Made by a program: the position numbers and the translations under genes. A stretch of 64,000 bases of DNA from Lophium mytilinum (Eukaryota), in contig MU004188.1 in the NCBI GenBank assembly GCA_010093605.1, forward strand, positions 1,491,673 to 1,555,672. The letters are read 5' to 3'. This document shows, one piece after another, positions 27,301-40,199 of this stretch (its first letter is position 1; each line of letters begins with the position of its first letter). The notes below the pieces were generated by a model. That model was not told the origin of the DNA. It searched no databases and worked only from the letters and a program-made list of their open reading frames with translations.

Positions 27301-27539
27301 ACTCGGCGTTTGCGATTCCGCCGCCGCCCGCGCAGGGGCAGGGTGCGTTTTCGGGGTTTAGTATTGCGCCGCCGCCGGTGTCGGGGCAGCGGGTGGGAGC
27401 GGTGGGTGGGATGGGGATGGGTGCGAGTGGTGGAGGCATGGGGATGGGAATGGGGATGGGAATGGGGATGGCGCAACAGGCTCCACAGCAGCAGCCGGGG
27501 CAGAAGCAGGGGATTGATAAGTATGAGAGTTTGCTGTAG
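24326..27539 (+). CDS. SCY1: SCY1-like pseudokinase with HEAT-repeat region and low-complexity tail
   Basis: LKKEASSLARLRHPSIL, FATEPVT, FLHESAGLVHGNLTPEAIFIN, DWKISGL, LDYASPD. ORFs 24326, 25096, 25939 and 26451 are linked by introns; ends GIDKYESLL. Confidence 0.92.
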
Positions 27540-27729
27540 GATTGCGGGATTGAGCGTTGGATACCACTTGTTACGATAATGACTGGAGTGGATTGCATAG
27601 AGAGCGTTGGTTTTTTGGTATAGGTACTTTGAGCTGGAACTATCAATAGTCCTGTGGACGGAAGCATTGGAAACTGATTTGCGTGCGTAAAGTTGTTTAT
27701 TGAAGATTCCTGCTTGTATTTAACGTGTG

Positions 27730-28187
27730 TCAGTGAGTCTGCACATCAGGCATGGTAAGGAGTAACACTTCATTCGATGCCTCGAGGCGACTGATCGTAT
27801 TCTCTGCATACTCTACCCACGGCCCAGAATCACGCTCGTTCATCCTTAAAGTCTCACGCAGTCCCCAGACCATAAACGCAGCCGAACCACAGACGACAAG
27901 AAACATAAAGCATTGGTAGGCAGGGCTATTTTCTCTTGATCGTTGACGACGTTCTGATGCAGTTTCCACGAAAATCGTGCCATATGCCAGCGGTGGTTGA
28001 TGATATGTGTTAGGTGTGATTTCGGAGTAGGAAGGCGGATGTGATTGTGTGTCATTGCGCGAAGTGGAGTAGTCGCATGCCTTAATAGCAATGGCGTTAG
28101 TTCCGAGCATGCTCAAGAGATGAGGACACATACTGAAGGCATGTCGATAGTAGCATCGTCAGTTGTGGAGTGAGAGGGGTCGCCCAT
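27730..28187 (-). CDS. Small hypothetical single-pass membrane protein with PPxY-like motif
   Basis: ATG 28187 (MGDPSHSTTDDATIDMPS), intron GTATGT...CTAAC...AAG, then ACDYST...PPSYSE...CFMFLVVCGSAAFMVWGL to the stop at 27730. Confidence 0.5.
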
Positions 28188-29883
28188 ACTTCTCTTTCTG
28201 CGTTCTTCCGCGTTCGAAGATGGTATCGTTATTGAAGAATGTTGGAAGAATAGCCCAGGTGTAAGAGAAAGTAAGATTGAAGCACTGAAGAGCAGCGTGC
28301 TTGCAGTCAATCTTCAATACAACGAGAAGTTCATGGGATCGAAATATTTCGTGCTGTGGTTATAGAGACGTTGAGGCGCATGCGGCACGGTATCCTATTT
28401 TAAGACACTGCCCACAGCATGGCCCGCGGCTAGGAGGCGCTGGTATTGCGCAGGATTTCAAATGCCTACAAATGCGCCTCGTGAAGATGTGAAACCGCGA
28501 GAAAAAATCTTGGACGGGCTTGCCGCACGTTTCACGTTATGTTGAATTAATACCCGCCGGTGAAGTTTGCGCCCCAGAGATCGGGTCGCTGGAAAAAGCC
28601 TCCAATTGGGGTCCTGGGATACTTCAAATGAGGAAACTAGCTTTTATTATTGAGAAACCACAAGATCAACTGTGTAGAGAATAATTACCTAGAGGGGGCG
28701 GCAACGCAGAGGGGATGTGGCGTGGTCTGGTCGCAGTCACCTTTTGCAACGATATTACCGGGGTTGAGAACAAGATCCTTGGATCGACGGTTGAAATAGG
28801 TTGCTGAGGCGTCTCGACGAAAGGGTAGACCACATGGCTACAAGAAACTACAGTATTGACAGTTAGAGAATCATTTCGTAGACGCGACGTTCTACCTGGT
28901 GTGGCCTTATTGCAGCCAGTTCTTATAACGAGATAGACGGAGCTAGTAATCAGGGTGGCGATGGAGAGTTATGAAATGAAGTAATTAGGGGCTTCGATAG
29001 CGCATGCACGCGCTGGCTAGGAGAAGTGACGAGATCGACCGCGTAGATAAGTTTTCTTGGTAGATGCAGCGTGCCACGCCGTGCATACCCGTCGTAGTCC
29101 GCTGAGGCCCTTCCGTGGAAAAGAACGCTCTCTAATTACAAGAAGTGTCAGAATCAACGATGTAGAGACATTGTCGTTGGAGGCGGGGGGGACGTGGAGG
29201 GTGTGGCGTGATTTTCTTTTGTAAGTGTTGAAAAGACTGTTAATCAGGACTGAAGTTGAAGCATCTGAGTGAGCTTATTGAGGCAGTGCAAATTTGCTTT
29301 GCAGTTGTGGCTATTCGCCGGACTAACAGTGCCAGGACACGTTTGATAGACTGGAGACGACATACAATGTCTATAGGACCGTTTTCTCCTAGACTTGACC
29401 GTGTCCACGAAGCCGATCTTGTTAGACTTCACCGTAACCAGCATGAAACGGAGCATAGTAACTGTGATGGCTTCACAACCGATTACTCTACCCAAGTCGA
29501 CCTGACCTACTATTTCACCCGGCCAAAGCAGTTCCAAAAGACTCCAACGACACCTCTCTCCAACAAGAGGCCCGTCCGTGCGAATACTCACACGGACAAA
29601 AAGAAGAGACTAGCCGCAATCAGTACCTACGCCTTCACTAAATCGAGCAAACCGGTCCAAAACCAACGCAAGGGCCTGCCCGGACGAAGTCCTGATTTTA
29701 CACGCTTCTGCAAGAGTGAATAAGGGAAATACAGGATGTTGGAGATACATCAAAGGTAGAACTGCTACTGTTAACCGTGTAGCGCTAGTAGCCTCGACTA
29801 ATGAAGATTTTGTTTGGGATTGCTGAGAGGGCCGCGATTCTAGAGTCTTTCGAAGGACCAGTGATGCGGCGAGGAAAGGGCGA

Positions 29884-31074
29884 TCAGGCAACGGCCGCTT
29901 GTGATTTGTGACCGTAAGTCGCAGCAAAGTCGGCGGCATACTGCTTCTTCGCTGCCAAGGCGAGATCTTCGTATTTCTAGAACGGTAAGTCAGTGCACGT
30001 CCACGGCAGGAGGTCAGGAATATAATTAGAGGCTGGCTTTACCTTCTTCTCCGAAGCAGAGAGCGCCTTGTACTCGCTGGTGATAAGCCTGGAAGAATCT
30101 GGGACGCTGATTCCCTTCATTTCCCCACTGTCTCTGCGTTCCTTGTTAAACAACATATAAGCATTTTGCGGTCTCTTAACTCGTCGCTCGTCCTTGATGG
30201 GTCCGGTGTCTTTCGGGTACACCCTGGAGCTCTTGACGTTCCCAGCGTTCTTTAGCTTAGTATATTGGGCTCGAAGCTGGCGGCGCGCGTTATTTGCGAG
30301 GCGGATCTGTTCGGGTGTGTGACTCAAGACCCATTCCTTATAGGCGGCCTCGTTCGCGGCCTTATTCTGGTTGGCAAGGTGATTGTAGTGCTACAGATCT
30401 ATCAGAAAAAAGAATCGAGACTAGACAGATCGGGAACTTGTTGGTGGACTAACCTCTCTCTCGGCGGGGGTCAAGGCTTTGAACTGTGCCCCTCCTTGCT
30501 TCATAATCTCCGTAGCTGGTGACTTACCCTTCCCCTTCTCCTGGATCTCTGAGACGTAGACCATCCAGGCGGAGATAGGAAGCTTCTTAGGCAAAGTCAT
30601 CAGGGCAGCCTCCTTAAGTTCGTTGTGGCGCGCCCTCTGCTCCGCTAGCTCCTTCCTTGCTTTGCCTGCCTCGGTCAGAGCCCGTTTTGCGGGTTTCCTC
30701 TTCGGCGCGGCCTTCTTCGCCGCTCGCTTTTTCGTGGGCGCGGCCTTCTTCTTGGTTGCAGTTTTCTTTTTTGCTGCCGTCTTCTTTACGGCCGTCTTTT
30801 TGGCGGCGGGTTTCTTGGTCACCGTCTCTTTGACCGTCACTTTCTTCACCGTTTTCGTAGGCTTCTTCGCTGTGGCCGCGGCGGTCGCATAGGAACGGCG
30901 GGAAAGAGCATAGGCGAGCTTATAGGCGTGCGACAGACCTCCGATCGAGGCAATTGAGCTCGCGCTGCGGGCGTTGATGGCGCGGTGGAGGACGCGTGAG
31001 ATGCGGGCGAGGTCGTGTGTTGATGTTTTAGGTACATCAGCTGCCAGGCGGCAGAGGACGCCGCGGGCCAACAT
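29884..31074 (-). CDS. Mitochondrial HMG-box nucleoid protein (two HMG boxes, Lys/Ala-rich linker)
   Basis: Presequence-like MLARGVLCRL; H1-like KKTAVKKTAAKKK region; HMG box 1 PKKLPISAWMVY...FKALTPAERE; HMG box 2 VKRPQNAYMLF...YKALSASEKK|KYED; 2 introns. Confidence 0.85.
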
Positions 31075-31397
31075 CGAGGCAGGGCGTGATTGAACGCGGA
31101 GGGGAAGCTGAATTGGATGCGTGCGACGGCGGTGAGGGCGGTGGGTTCGGGGCTGATGGAGTGGAGAGGGCGTTCGTTGGTGTTGAAAACGGGGTGGTTG
31201 GGTCGCGAGTTGGCAGGGCTGGCTGGAGCTTTCTCCTTCGGGTAAAGTGAGCTCGAAACACCGACGTCAACGCCCCCAGCCACACAGATATGAAGAACAC
31301 CAAAATGATTTTGAAGTGTTTCTCTTCGTTCATTCAAGTTACTCCAGCGATCTACACATACCATAAAGCCGTGATATTTCGCTCTACTAACATAGGT

Positions 31398-31448
31398 GCA
31401 TCTCGAGTCTGAATGGCAGCATCTCGAGTCTGAATAGCAGCATCTCGA
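31398..31448. repeat. 21-bp tandem repeat, about 2.5 copies (GCATCTCGAGTCTGAATRGCA), upstream of the HMG gene
   Basis: Read directly from the sequence. Confidence 0.85.
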
Positions 31449-31853
31449 ATCCAAACAGCCAACCACCGACCACCGACTATATAGTAGCTAAATCAAAATG
31501 GATAAAATCAATTAAATACAGAACATAACACCATCACCAACGCCTAGAAGATACACAGCATTACTGATCCGACACATACTCAAGGCTCTCCTAATCTTTT
31601 GTCACTTCAAAACACCGTGCCGTATCGCACGGCGCATCACATACAGTCCCCGCACTCACAAACACAGCGAGTCCAGATCAAATACCAGAGCCGGTAACTT
31701 GCACACTCTCATCCCTCGGATCCGCCCCCTAGCTCTAGACTCGCGCTTGCATCCACACAGATTACTAAATATGCCTAGCGAGCGTTGCGTCGTGTACGCA
31801 TCACATTCGAGATATAGTATGCCACGGCGGCATTGTGCGGGCCATCGGGGCGG

Positions 31854-32270
31854 TCAGAGACCGCTGTCAACACTAGGGCTTGAGGCGCTGTGTGGCAAGC
31901 TCCAAGGCGCGTCGTTGCAGTAGTTGGATTCCGTGGGGGAAGGGCGACAGCGTGGGTCGCTGGGGCATTTGCGACAGTTGAGGTAGTGTTGTGGACAGTG
32001 GTTCCATCCGGTTTGGTAGTCTGTCATCTCGGATCTGCCGTTGTCGTTGATGCCGTTGAGGTGGCCGGCCATCGATGGAGTATGAGGACGGCAGCATCGT
32101 GGGTCCTTTGGGCATTTGCGGCAATCTAGGCGGCGAGGTGGACAGGTGCTGGAGTATTCCGAGATGTAGATCTTTTTGCCCGGAGCGTGGATGGAGACGT
32201 CATTTTGAGCTGCTAGGGAGGGGGTGAAGAGAATGAGTATCACGAAGGCAGATGGTAGGAAGCTCTTCAT
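31854..32270 (-). CDS. Small secreted cysteine-rich protein with duplicated C-P-x5-CRKCP-x-DPRC motif; probably truncated
   Basis: Signal-peptide-like MKSFLPSAFVILILFTPSLAA; repeats CPPRRLDCRKCPKDPRC and CPQHYLNCRKCPSDPRC. Confidence 0.7.
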   Translation of the reverse strand: MKSFLPSAFVILILFTPSLAAQNDVSIHAPGKKIYISEYSSTCPPRRLDCRKCPKDPRCCRPHTPSMAGHLNGINDNGRSEMTDYQTGWNHCPQHYLNCRKCPSDPRCRPSPTESNYCNDAPWSLPHSASSPSVDSGL

Positions 32271-32458
32271 GGTCACTAGTCCATCAGCCATGATATCAGA
32301 GCGCGGACCCTTTAAGAGGATAAAGGGAAGGTTCATGTGGAATGTTCTCTGTGGCATGCCGAGATATCTTGTTTGATTGGTAGACATTGACTTTCTGGAA
32401 TGTAAAAACTTCCTTGAGCTTCGAGATTACCTCAGCTTACTATGATAGAAAACCAGCT

Positions 32459-33355
32459 CTACCACTTTTCAATAAACGGCCTAAGGTCGATCTCCCAAGC
32501 AAACGTCGACCGGTGCTGGGTATGTAACTGCCAATAAACCTCTGCAATCTGTCTGAGGTCAGCAAGGACGTAGAGAAAGGGACATCCTAAACAACTCACC
32601 CCATCGGCGCTCAATTTGGCATCGGCAGGTGCATCCTTAAGCCACTCCTTCGTTCGCGGGATATCGATAACCCCGTCAATGATTGCGTGAGACACATGGA
32701 CACCCTTGGGACCGAATTCCCTAGCCAGCGACTGGCTCAGCGCTCTCAAGGCAAACTTGCCGCTGGCGAACGAGGACATATGTGCTGAGCCTCTAACGGA
32801 TGCCGTGGCGCCAGTGAAGATGAGAGACGGTGGGTATTTAGATCCCTCCTCGACGCCTTTTAGTAGCAAGGGCAGAGTTGCCTTTGAGAATAGGAATGCG
32901 CCCTTCCTATACGCGCATTAGATCAGATATAGTGAAGAAAATTGTCAAGGAAGCGCTTACCCACTGACATCCAGACCAGCCGTGAAGTCATCCTCTGTCA
33001 GTTCTAGGAACGGTTTGCGGACGAATCTACCGCTCGCATTGAACACGGCCGCCTTCTAGCTGTCAGAATCTCATCAAGTTGAAAACATTGGGAGACTCAC
33101 AGCAGCGCTCACGCCCGGACCAAACTCCTTCTCAATCTTCTCAAATGCAGCATTCACGCTCTTCGAATCAGAGATATCAGTGCCGATTCCAATTGCCTTG
33201 CCTCCGTTGCCATTAATCTCTTTGGCGAGAGATTCGAAATTCTCCGGGTTCCTGGCAAGAAGAACAACAGGATAGGAGGCCGCGAACTTCCGGGCAACTG
33301 CGGCACCAGTTCCAGGACCGACGCCTGCGACGATTGCGATAAACTTAGATGCCAT
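32459..33355 (-). CDS. Short-chain dehydrogenase/reductase
   Basis: IVAGVGPGTGAAVARKFA (Rossmann fold), AVFNAS, LIFTGATASVRG, FASGKFALRALSQSLAREFGPKGVHV, EIDLRPFIEKW; 3 introns. Confidence 0.9.
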
Positions 33356-34541
33356 TTCGATGGAGACGACTTTATTGGATATGAGAGTGGTTTATTGTAC
33401 GGAATTTGTTAGAGAGAGAAGATGGAAGAGAGATGGAGAGAATATAGAAATGATGTTGGCAGAGACAATTAATAAAGAGAGGTTGTGTTTAGTTAATGGA
33501 TATGCGGGCGGGGACTTGATTTGTCAATAACGGACTGAGGGACGCGATGCGCGAGGTATGTCATAATCATGTTCAATGGCGCTATCGGCTAGCGTAGCAT
33601 TTCAAATACAGCTCTCGATATATTATTTGCCCAGGTGGGAGTACATGCATGTACTCCTTGGGTTATTGTGATTGAACTTGGCTATGTTATATGAGTAAAG
33701 ACGATTTCAAGTGATACGGAAATGGCCACGTGATCAATAAGTGCTAATATAGTTGGAATATGGATCTATTTGGGGTACTATTATCTCCTGAAATCTAACG
33801 ATATCAAAGTATGACCACTTCCATAGATCCGAGGACCTGTGATAACTTTACGTAGAGTGAGACTGAAGGAGACTGAGCTGGGGCATAGATCACAAGCAGA
33901 CGAAATCTTGTTTGTGCTTTGTGTCGGAAATGTAGATAGTTGTGTGTCCGCATTGATGAACTTCAATACACACTGGAGGCCGTGCTTCCGGGGAGAATAT
34001 TCACTGGGCGACCGAATGGGTATGAAGTCCAGTGCAGCAATCATTAAGTCTCTCATCATGACTCAATCTAATGGATGTCTCTCACCATCAAACCACCCGT
34101 ATCATAGAGTAAATATCAGGGGTAGTCTGCAGGCAAGCAGGGCTTTCGGCCCATTGGGTTTCCTCTCCGCTATTCGTTTAACTTTATGCGGCCACTAAAC
34201 TGGGCTGCCAAGTAGATAATGTAGCGGGTTCGATCTCAATCATCGATTTTCGTCCGGTTGGTGCTTAGGCGACTTCCTAGAGATTCCTATACCGTTAGCA
34301 GAAACACGCCTGTCTAGTCTTAGTCACAGAGCCGCGAGTTGTGTACAAGCCAGTGTGTGGCGAGTTGATTGTGGTTCGTGCCAGAAACAGGTATCTTCCG
34401 CCTTCGCTGCTCCATGCTTTTCATTCCGTTGCCGAAGTCGAATAAGAGATGTACTCCGTTCCATTGGCTTGACCGCAGATACACGAAGTCTCGTGAAGCC
34501 CGGCCCCCATGAAATTGTCGTCAACCCAGATCCGCAATCCC

Positions 34542-35175
34542 TTACTCCTTTGTCCTCTTCAGCTTGGCCTCCCTGCCGGTGCTCTTGCGGTCCAGAATGT
34601 TCTCGCGGTCACGGTCGAGCTTGAGCTTGGTCTGGGGTTAATTAGTATTGGCGCTGGTGCTATCTTGCTTTTGCGATACGTACGATCACCACTTTTGAAG
34701 GAGCTGCGGGCAGTTAGCGATAGATCACCTAAATATTTAAGGGCGGTTCATACCAATGCCAAGAGGCACACTCTGGCCGCTGGTCTTCTCCCGGGTAACA
34801 CGCTCGACGTGGATCACGTATTTGAGACGGTAGACAGATGTGACTTTTCCTTCGCGGCCCTTGTTGCTGCATCACAATTCCCGTCAGAATGGCCGATCTC
34901 GATGGCTGCGATGCGCCTTTTGGAACGAGTACGTACCTTCCCCGTACAACAATGACTTCGTCGTCCTTTCGGATGGGGATTGAACGGACACCGCCGTACT
35001 TCTCACGGAGCCTAGAGAAATCAATGAGCAAGGCCACGGACAGAGCCATGGCGGGCACTCACTCCTTGGAAAGCGGCGCGCTCATGATGGTTCGGCGCAC
35101 GCTGCTAGGGGCCTGGAAGTGGGCCTTCCTGCCCTTCCTCCGGCTGGAGTGCAACGCTGAGTTTATCTTCGTCAT
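34542..35175 (-). CDS. RPL26: 60S ribosomal protein L26 (uL24)
   Basis: Spliced product [48 protein letters not shown]...[17 protein letters not shown]...[12 protein letters not shown]. Confidence 0.95.
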
Positions 35176-35624
35176 GGTGGGCGATGTGTCGGTGGAACTG
35201 CGAGGTCGTCGTTGTCTTCTCGCGGGCTTCAATTGTGGGCAGCGAGCAGAAGTTCTCGCTTAGAGATTAGCGCCCCGGGGTCCGGCGAAACAGTCCTGCC
35301 GGCGTCGGTCTTGGCACCGTGATCTGGGCCGGGGGTCTTCCCGTTCGAGCTGTCGCGTTGTGTGGTGACAAGGACCTCACCTCGCCCGCAGTCGTGCAAC
35401 TCGCGCGCGCCCTCGATCAGCTTCAAGAACGCCGGCGACGTGTTTACACCGGCCTTGCTTTTCGTTCGTCTGCGCGCGTGGGGAAAGAGCAACCGACGTG
35501 TTCTACGCCCTCTCATTGACGACCCACTGGAACTGCCTTTCGACACTCCACACCTCCATGTATTCCACACCCCGGAAAGCGAAATCCGCGCGGAAGGTGT
35601 CTGTGGTTGTCTAGCGGCTTCGCG

Positions 35625-38600
35625 ATGGCGCCCAACGACTTCTATCCCTCAGGGAACAATTACTACAATGCGCAGACAAACCCGTCGCAACAATATCCTG
35701 GGTATCAAACCCAGAACACCGCTGGACAATCCACGAATCGCACCTACCAGCCCCAGAATCCGGCGACAAGCCAGCCGGATTACATATCATACTCGGCACA
35801 AGCGTATAATGGACAGGGGACATATGGACAGCAACAACAAGACGGTTCGTGGAGCAATAACAGAGCGGCGGAGGCATTGAGGAACCTCAGCAACACTGCC
35901 TACACAGCTGGTAGCAACACAACTGTCAGCAGTGCTGGCTTCACTCCAGCAAACACTGCTACCTCGAACCGCTACTCGGCTACGGTTTCCCAACCACCGC
36001 AAAATCAGTATGAGTCGAGATTGAGCAGCACCCAGGCCCATGCTTCCTACGGACAGACACAGGCGAGGCCAAGGAGTGTCAATGCGACTGCTAATGCGCG
36101 TGCCCCTCCGGCTGCAAGTCAAGGGCTGCCTTCACCAGCAGTCGCGGCCGGTTATCCGTCGCAACGTGTCCAAGCGACGTTCAATCAGCAACGATCAGCA
36201 AGCCCTGCCCATCCTGCGTTTCAGGCAAACCATAGTTCAGCTCATTCGACTTCGAAGAAACAGTCTAGTTCTGCATCGGCAACTCAGTACACCGACTTTA
36301 GCAACAGAGTCCTTCCGCATGTCACGGAGCCAACCCGGAATGCCCTTCCAGCTGTCGCTTCAGCTTCATATAACTATGGAGACCGCCATGCTACAGCACC
36401 GGTAATACAGACGACAGCCGGGCATTTTGAGCAGCCCACAATCACCGTTGACCCAATGCAAGTCTATGACCCGTGGCCGGAGTACCAGCGGAAACAGGAA
36501 GCGTTACGAGCCCAGAAAGCTGCCGAAGACGCTGTCCTTGCTGAGCAGAAGAGAAAAGAAGATGAAGTGAGAAGGATAGAAGAGGCCAGGAAGAAGGCCG
36601 AGGAAGAGCAGAAGAAAGCCGAGGAAGAGCGAATAAAGGCCGAAGAAGAGAGGAGGCTGGAAGAGCAGCGGCGTATAGAGGCGGAAAGACGCGCTCTTGA
36701 ACCCCAAGTCCCAACTCCCGTACCAGCTTCGGCTCCAGAGAAAAAGTCGAAGAAGCCAAGAGCGCCCAGAAAAAGTGCTGTCTCTGCGAGCGTGAACACT
36801 GTTTCAACTGACGCTCCTCAGACATCAAGCAGCGGTCAGGACACTGAAGCGGAGATCAGGGCCTTGATGGTCAAAATGAGGGAGCTCAATAGCAAGGATC
36901 CAGCATTACTGGCAAAGATATGGGAACAAGAGAGAAAGAGCCATGTGGCAAGTCAGCAGGCTCAGACTCAGACTCCGGCGGCGCCCTCACCGACCCTCCC
37001 AGGAGGTCAGATACCTCGCAAACAAGCTCAAAAGGCGGCTACTACGAAGGCACCCAAAGCTGCCAGTACATTTCAAGATGTAGCAGTTAATGGAACAAGC
37101 ACCAGTGGCGCAAGCAACACTCCAGTCCCTTCATCGTCAACGACAGCCCCGGCTGTTCAGACTCCAACTCAACCGCATCAAATACAGCAAACGCACACAC
37201 CGGTACAAACTCCAAAACCAGTCCGACAACAAAAAGGCGGCACTATTTGGCCCCCAGACAAGACACAACTTTTGGCTGAAACCGCTTCCAAATGGCTCAA
37301 TGACATCCTGGAAAACAAAGATAGACCAATTACTCCTGCTCAGATTCTAAGAATGCTCGACAGCAATCCATCCTATGTTGATCTTTGCGAACAACTTGAG
37401 AAATTGGGTCTAAAATTGGATCGGGCTCTCTTTGCCAAGTCATTGTTAGCAGCGGTCCCGGACGTCAACTCGGCATCCCGCCAATCTGCTCAAGCAGCTC
37501 AACGTCCACCACCAGCCAATTCTCAACCAAATGGCGGGGCCAGTTCATCAACTAGCATCTCGAGGAGCGCTGGTACAGCTGCCCCATCAGGACCGAAGAG
37601 TCAAGTTGCAAATGGATTGTCCGTCCAGACTGCTACCGGACATATGGAGAATGCACCGCCACCAGTCTCTCATTACCCTCCCCCCGACTCTACCCCTTCT
37701 AATACCCCTTACTATAACAACTATCCACCATTCCCAAGGGCAGATTCACCTCCTTACATGCCTCAGGATGATTCTCCGCCGCCGTTGCCCGCACCGGTGG
37801 CACAAATGGTGCCCAAAAAGGAGTCACCGAGAGTCACGCCTAGGCCAGCGCCAGCGTCCAAGGAAGAAGCCGCAAGAAAACGAGACTTTAGCGAATTCGT
37901 CGATTTGACAGCTTTGTCGGATGAAGATGATCTACCTCCGGTAAAGAAGTCAAAAGCCGAACAAAACTTTCCACGCCAGTCTTTGGCCGGATCTGCACCC
38001 CCAAGCGCTAGGGATACCCACGCCCCCAGTCCGAATTTTGGGCCCTTCCCAATGGTGCCATCACAACCACTGCAGGGCACTACAACGCCACCTACGAAAG
38101 ACCCGAGATTTACCAATATCGTCCAACCGATAAACAAGAAGAAGGCGCTTCGACGATCAGCCTACGACATCAAGACGATCGCTCGCGATGTATTACTTGC
38201 TACGGGACGGCATCCGCACATGCGAGCTTTGAACGCCCATCTGGAAGTTTTGAAGAGCTCGTTTGCCGAAGTCGACAATACTTCCGACCTGAGCACTCTG
38301 AGATGGGATATTATCGATCCTGGCGAGCCACCAATAGGCTATTTGCAAAACAGTCTGTTTACGCAAGAGCAGGAAGACGCCGATGACGAGGATGACAGTG
38401 ACGACGAGCAGTCGAGGGCCCAAGCGCGACCACAGGTTGCTGTTCAGCAGATGGTCGGTGTTGGGGGAGGGGGAGGGATGAGTTCTTTCTCCGCAACACC
38501 GTCTTTTAGCAGCCTTATGAAGGAAGCCCCGAAGAAACGCGGACGAGGTCGACCACCCCGGGCGAGCTATCCCGTTACTTCCAGGCCATCCGGATTTGGA

Positions 38601-39686
38601 GACAGCGAGAGTTCTCCCCGTACCAAACCGCCGCCTACGAACAGAGCAGCTGGGGGTGAAAGAATACCGAGCTCACGGCCTTCTGGCTCGAGTGGAATTG
38701 CTGAAACGCCGCGTTCGTCAGCGTCTGCAACTGGTTCAGCTACGAATGCTAGTCAGTTTCGTCCTAGTGGCACAGGTACAGGATATGCGGCATTGCGGGA
38801 GCACAACGAGGACGGAACGCCCGTCAAGAAGAGGGGACGACCCGTTGGGTGGCGGAAAGCTATACACGGATCCGCAGAGGCCCAAGGCCGCGAGGTCACC
38901 CGCGGACCGAGCGGGTTGCGCAACGTTAGTACTGCAGGTGCCGACTCAACCACCACAAAAGCATCCAAAGGACCGAAATCTGCCAACAAGATGAAAACCC
39001 AACCGAACTATCAGGTGTTCAAATGCAAATGGCAACTCTGCACGGCTGAATTGCACAACCTGGAGACTTTGAGGAAGCACGTTGAGAAGATTCACGGCAA
39101 AGCGGCTGCCCATGGGGGATTCGACTGCCTGTGGGAGAATTGTGGAAAGGACATAACTTTTTACAATAAACGAACTGGCGACTCCGAACAACAGCATCAG
39201 TATTTCGACTTTGACAACATCTCGAAATGGCGTGAGCATCTTGAGCTTCAGCATTTTAGCCCCTTAGCGTGGACTATGGGTGACGGTCCCCCTAGTGGAC
39301 TCTCAGGTGAGCAGAACGGCTGGTTACAGATGAGCCATGCTAATGCGTAACTAGATGCAGGGCACAACTCGGATGCGAATATGAGCGACCACCGTGCCAG
39401 GCGCGTCACGCCTAGAATAACTGCGCCATCGTCTTTGCACGACAACCCTAGAGATGACCGTGCCACCTCAAGCGCAGCGCCCGAACCCGCTCGCCGAGGA
39501 AGACCACCGAAGCCATCTCAAGAGCAAGTTGCTCAAGAAACAGAGCAAGCAATGCTCAAAAAGAAGAGGGATATCGGGCCTGGAGTGGACAGGGGAGGTG
39601 CGCGTCTAGTGACCCCGAAGCGGCGCCGAGGCTTCGATGATGCTGAGGATTTCGATGAGCTTATCGTCGACAAGGAAGATGAGTAG
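35625..39686 (+). CDS. Large AT-hook / C2H2 zinc-finger nuclear protein
   Basis: AT-hook-like KKRGRGRPP, KKRGRPVGW and RRGRPP; zinc fingers CKWQLC...LRKHVEKIH and CLWENC...EHLELQH; one intron at about 39307-39354; divergent from RPL26. Confidence 0.8.
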
Positions 39687-40199
39687 GAGCATGAGCAGCG
39701 ATGGCGCTGCTATCGGTACATATTCTGGGGTTGCAACCATCGTAGCTCAGAAGGTCATGGATTGTCTTTGAATTCTGCTTTGTACGTTATACCCCTTTTG
39801 CGGCGACCGGAGGACAGCATCTGGATCACAGGGGCAGTTCTTTTTGCTAGCAGAATATCTTGAGGGCATGCACTAGTTGCGGGTATGCCGTCAAAGATGA
39901 GAATAGTTATTGTAGCAATGAATTCAACAGAATACATTCATCGCCATCCCATTGATCTGTTCACGGCCTGAAAACGCCTACTAATGCTACAAAGTTCCTT
40001 TTTGGCAGCACTATCCCCGCAGATCCCTGATAAACGCCGTGTTCTCTAAGACAACCGGTCCCGCTTCGAATAAGCTTGCTCGGGGCTTGATTGAGCAGAA
40101 GTATACACAGAAGATCCGCTGTCTATTCCCTGACGTCCTCCTCTCTGAAATCCTCCTATGCACCATGTCCTGGAATTCGTTCGCCCAAAGCTCCTCCCT

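Noticed and set aside
29244..29939. ORFs of 109-155 aa downstream of the HMG gene
   Set aside because: No motifs; they overlap the probable HMG 3' UTR.
31398..31448. Direct repeats considered as a CRISPR-like array
   Set aside because: The repeats are contiguous with no spacers, the context is eukaryotic and there are no cas genes.
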